Source: the human T2T-CHM13v2.0 reference genome, Homo sapiens
Assembly (NCBI RefSeq): GCF_009914755.1
Contig: NC_060937.1
Length of the DNA stretch: 64,000 nucleotides
Reading direction: 5' to 3' (one strand)
Shown here: piece after piece, positions 59,304-64,000 of the stretch
How positions within the stretch are numbered: position 1 is the first letter of the stretch
Layout of the letters: every line of letters begins with the position of its first letter
Translations under genes and position numbers: made by a program
Notes under the pieces: model-generated
What the model was told of the DNA's origin: nothing
Databases searched by the model: none
The model's input: the letters and a program-made list of their open reading frames with translations, nothing else

Positions 59304-59522
59304 GGTACATACCGTAAGCCAACAAATAAAACCTCAGTAAATTTCATAGAACAGGGATAATAAGAGAGCGTTCTCCAGCCACAGTACAATGAACGAAGAA
59401 TGCACACACTCAATCCAAAGATGGCAAGAAAGAAGAAAATTATGCATAGAAAAACTTGAATCAACAGAAAACATAAAGATGGTAAAAAGTTGGATATATT
59501 AATAATCAAAACAAATAGTATG

Positions 59523-59728
59523 AGCCTGGGCAATATGGTGAAACCTCATCTCTACAAAACAAAAACCAAAAATAAAAATTAGCCTGTGTGCTGGTGTGTG
59601 CCTGTAGGCCCAGCTACTTCAGGGGGGCTGAGGTAAGAGAATTGATTATGCGGTGCAGCAAGCCATGATCATGCCACTGCACTAGCCTGGGCAACAGAAT
59701 GAGACCTCATCTTAAAAAAAGAAAGAAA
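59523..59728 (+). mobile_element. 5'-truncated AluJ
   Basis: AGCCTGGGCAATATGGTGAAACC, a linker, a degraded right arm and an A tail. Confidence 0.85.
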
Positions 59729-60113
59729 GGGTATGCAGTATGTGACTGAGGTTATAATGTGGGAAAAAGAAAATGCAGGTATATGCTTTTTACAAGAAAT
59801 GCCCAAGTAGTAAAAGGATGAAACATGAACTAGACAAATAGCTGCCCAGCCTGTCTCCCCAAAGATACTAGGTGACTTTTAATGTGCACACATTTGATTT
59901 TAGGAAGGATAAAGAGATCTCTAAATAAAAATTCCATTTCAGTTCATAGATATGGAAATAATTTAAATGGTTTTAATTGCATCAAGTTTGTGATTGTTTA
60001 TATGTTCCCATGTAGTTTGGGAACATTACACTCTGAATTTGTCATCCATATACATTTTATTTCTTAACTTTAATTTTTATCTCATTTAGATTTGGTGGGA
60101 TGCTTTGTCGTCT

Positions 60114-60710
60114 TTTTTTAAGAAAATTTAATTTTATTTTAAGTTCCAGGATATATGTGCTGGATGTGCAGGTTTGTTACATAGGTAAATGTGTGCCATG
60201 GTGGTTTGCTGCATGTAACAACCCATCTCCTAGGTATTAAGCCCTGCACGCATTAGCCATTTATCCTGATGCTCTCCCTCCTCCCACCCTACCCTGACAG
60301 GGTGTGTTGTTCCCCTCCCTGTGTCCATGTGTTCTCATTGTTCAGCTCCCACTTATTAGTGAGAACATGCAGTGTTTGGTTTTATGTTCCTGTGTTAGTT
60401 TGCTGAGGATAATGGCTTCCAGTTTCATCCATGTCCCTGCAAAGGACATGATCTTGTTTCTTTTTATGGTTGCATTAGTATTCCATGGTATATGTGTACC
60501 CCATTTTCTTTATCCAGTATATTATTGATGGGCATTTGGGTTGATTCCATGTCTTTGCTATTGTGAATAGTGCTGCAGTGCACACACGTGTGCATGTATT
60601 TTTGTAATAGAATGATTTATATTCCTTGGGTGTATACCCAGGAATGGGATTGCTGGGTCAAATGGTATTTCTGGCTCTAGGTCTTTGAGGAATTGCCACG
60701 GTGTTATATT
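60114..60710 (-). mobile_element. L1PA8-10-like, 5'-truncated (~0.6 kb)
   Basis: Antisense 3'UTR; 16-bp TSD GGATGCTTTGTC(G/T)TCT at 60098-60113 and 60711-60726. Confidence 0.93.
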
Positions 60711-61430
60711 GGATGCTTTGTCTTCTAATGTAGATCATTCATATGGTCTTCAAGTCTTTTGTAAATTGCTGAATGTTTGAAATAGTTTGCTGTGATTGAA
60801 AAGGAAGTTAAAGGGGGAAAAAAGCACTGGACAACTAGACTCTGGTATGCTGCTACCACTGACAAACTTTGTTACTGCCTCTTGACTAGTTTCTTTTTTC
60901 ATTTATGCCCTTTGAGGCTCTAATATCCCATTTTGGAAGCAGTTCTTGTGGATTGGGGATATCGCTGTATTTTTCTCTCTGTAGAAAATACCAGTGCATT
61001 TATTCGATCTGTGCATTAGCTTATATATTTCAGCAAGTCCACTACTTAATAAAATGATCATAGTAATCCCACTTGGTATATGACATGATGAAGATGAAGG
61101 TGCTATCTGGTTAAAGATCCAAAAGAAGAGGATTTATAACAAATAATGTTTGTCTGGACATTTGAATTTAAGCATCGAAAAGGATATTAATAGAACAGTG
61201 TGAATTTCCAAAGTAGACATAATGCAGCTATGCACATGATAGAATAAAAATAGAGCTTTTGTCTTATTTTTTAAAAGCTTAGGAGAATTAAGACATGATT
61301 TAATGTTTTATGATGACAGTATTTTGCCAGTTTTTTATTACCTTATTTATTATATATTATAATGCATTAAGTTGATACTGATTATCAACTATGTGCCAAG
61401 CATTATACTGTTACATGTGAAATGGTAAAC

Positions 61431-61930
61431 TGTATTTGGGCAGACGATTTCCCATGGCATTTTTGCATGTCTTGTATTAGCATTTGTTCTGGACTATCTT
61501 TTCAGGGATTTTGGTGCAGGAAACAGCCTTGAGAAACAGACATACGTTTGGCACAGGGCAGATTTTTTTTTTTTTTTTCTGACCATGATAATAAAGATGT
61601 TTCCCTCTGAGGCAAAGGTTGGACAGGTTTTCTGGCAGCTCCTTTAAAAGACTGGAGTTTTCAAAGCTTGTGGTTCCTTCTCTGTGATGCAAACTCACTG
61701 TGTGTGTGCAGCATCCACCTGTCTTGCTTCTGCTTTAACCCTGTGAGACTTTGGAGGAGAGAGGGGACCAATACAAACATGAAGGTCATGATGTCTGTTG
61801 TGCAATGAATAATGAAACCTTTAATCTCTGACCCTGTAAACTTAGATATTTTGCTGTCTATGGAACTATCAGGCTAATTTGTTAGCTTGCAAGTAGGGTA
61901 AAATATCAGACCCTTTGTAGTTCTTGACCC
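61431..61930 (+). mobile_element. ERVL solo LTR (LTR47/MER76-like) inside an antisense L2
   Basis: Ends GTTAGCTTGCAAGTAGGGTAAAATATCAGACCCTTTGTAGTTCTTGAC; L2-like sequence on both flanks (61375-61430, 61931-62170). Confidence 0.7.
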
Positions 61931-62329
61931 AATGGAGATTGATTCCTTGGTATTAGAGCATTTCTTCTCTAGTGGAGAAGACAGAAAGTGAAACAGTTAC
62001 TTACAGTATCCTTGATAATTGTTATGATGGTATGGAAGCACCTAGCTGGAGCACTTAATTCAGTTAACTAGTTAAGGAAGAGTCAAGGATAGCTTACCAG
62101 AGGAAGTGACATATTTAGACCTGAAAAATGAGAATAAGTTAGGCAAAAGACAGAGATTAGAAAAGAGTTTATACTTCCAGATATGTGTATGCATAATTAT
62201 TTTAGGCTTCCCTTTTTTGTTTTGTGTTTATGAATTACTTTGCACATTTTAAACTCTTGGAAGAGACAGGAACCATTTCATAGCCTCCATGGGTTACATT
62301 CTGTAGTTTTCCTTAGGTATAAGGTGTAT

Positions 62330-63835
<1,506 letters not shown>

Positions 63836-63837
63836 TT

Positions 63838-64000
63838 TTTTTGTTTGTTAGTTTTTGAACTGGGTCTCATTCTGTTACCCATGCTGGAGTGCAGTGGCGT
63901 GATCTCACCTCACTGTAGGCTTGACCTCCCAGGCTCAAGTGATCCTCCTGCAGCGGCCTCCTGAATAGCTGGGACTACAGGTGCATGCTACTGTGCCACA
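63838..64000 (-). mobile_element. AluJ, cut by the window edge
   Basis: GGGTCTCATTCTGTTACCC...GGCTCAAGTGATCCTCC. Confidence 0.88.

Noticed and set aside
58981-59325. ORF resembling SETMAR transposase
   Set aside because: Frameshifted 3' fragment of an HSMAR1 copy, with no SET domain or N-terminus.
60970-61085. Good acceptor TTTTTCTCTCTGTAG
   Set aside because: All three frames stop within ~100 nt and no strong donor follows.

Overview
Primate (catarrhine, most likely human) nuclear DNA that is AT-rich, CpG-poor and largely made of interspersed repeats. It carries Alu elements (J, S and Y types), L1 elements (L1PA5/6-like, L1PA8-10-like, L1PA13-like, L1PB1, L1MA/MB/M), L2, MIR, a complete THE1D provirus, a MER11 solo LTR, MER21, MLT1/2, an ancient LTR33/16-like two-LTR element, MER1B, MER2, MER33, MER58, Tigger3b and an HSMAR1 end. 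I find no credible host protein-coding exon, RNA gene or CpG island. The ORF track consists of transposon remnants, Alu or microsatellite artefacts, and short random ORFs. A visible T/G excess on + and mostly minus-strand L1/LTR elements suggest one long intron of a + strand gene, which I cannot name. I do not see a demonstrable new biological system. The best leads are: (1) an L1 ORF0 reading frame that a 5'UTR deletion has fused to a hydrophobic 3' extension (44834-45151); (2) a fold-back-generated, pre-miRNA-sized hairpin in an MLT1 LTR (19777-19860); (3) a 25-bp insertion apparently templated from 2.36 kb away, plus other template-switch scars; (4) an intact ancient LTR-int-LTR ERVL-like element; (5) a MER33-derived candidate microexon. 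Subfamily names come from recalled consensus sequences and need RepeatMasker/Dfam confirmation. Boundaries of old repeats are approximate.
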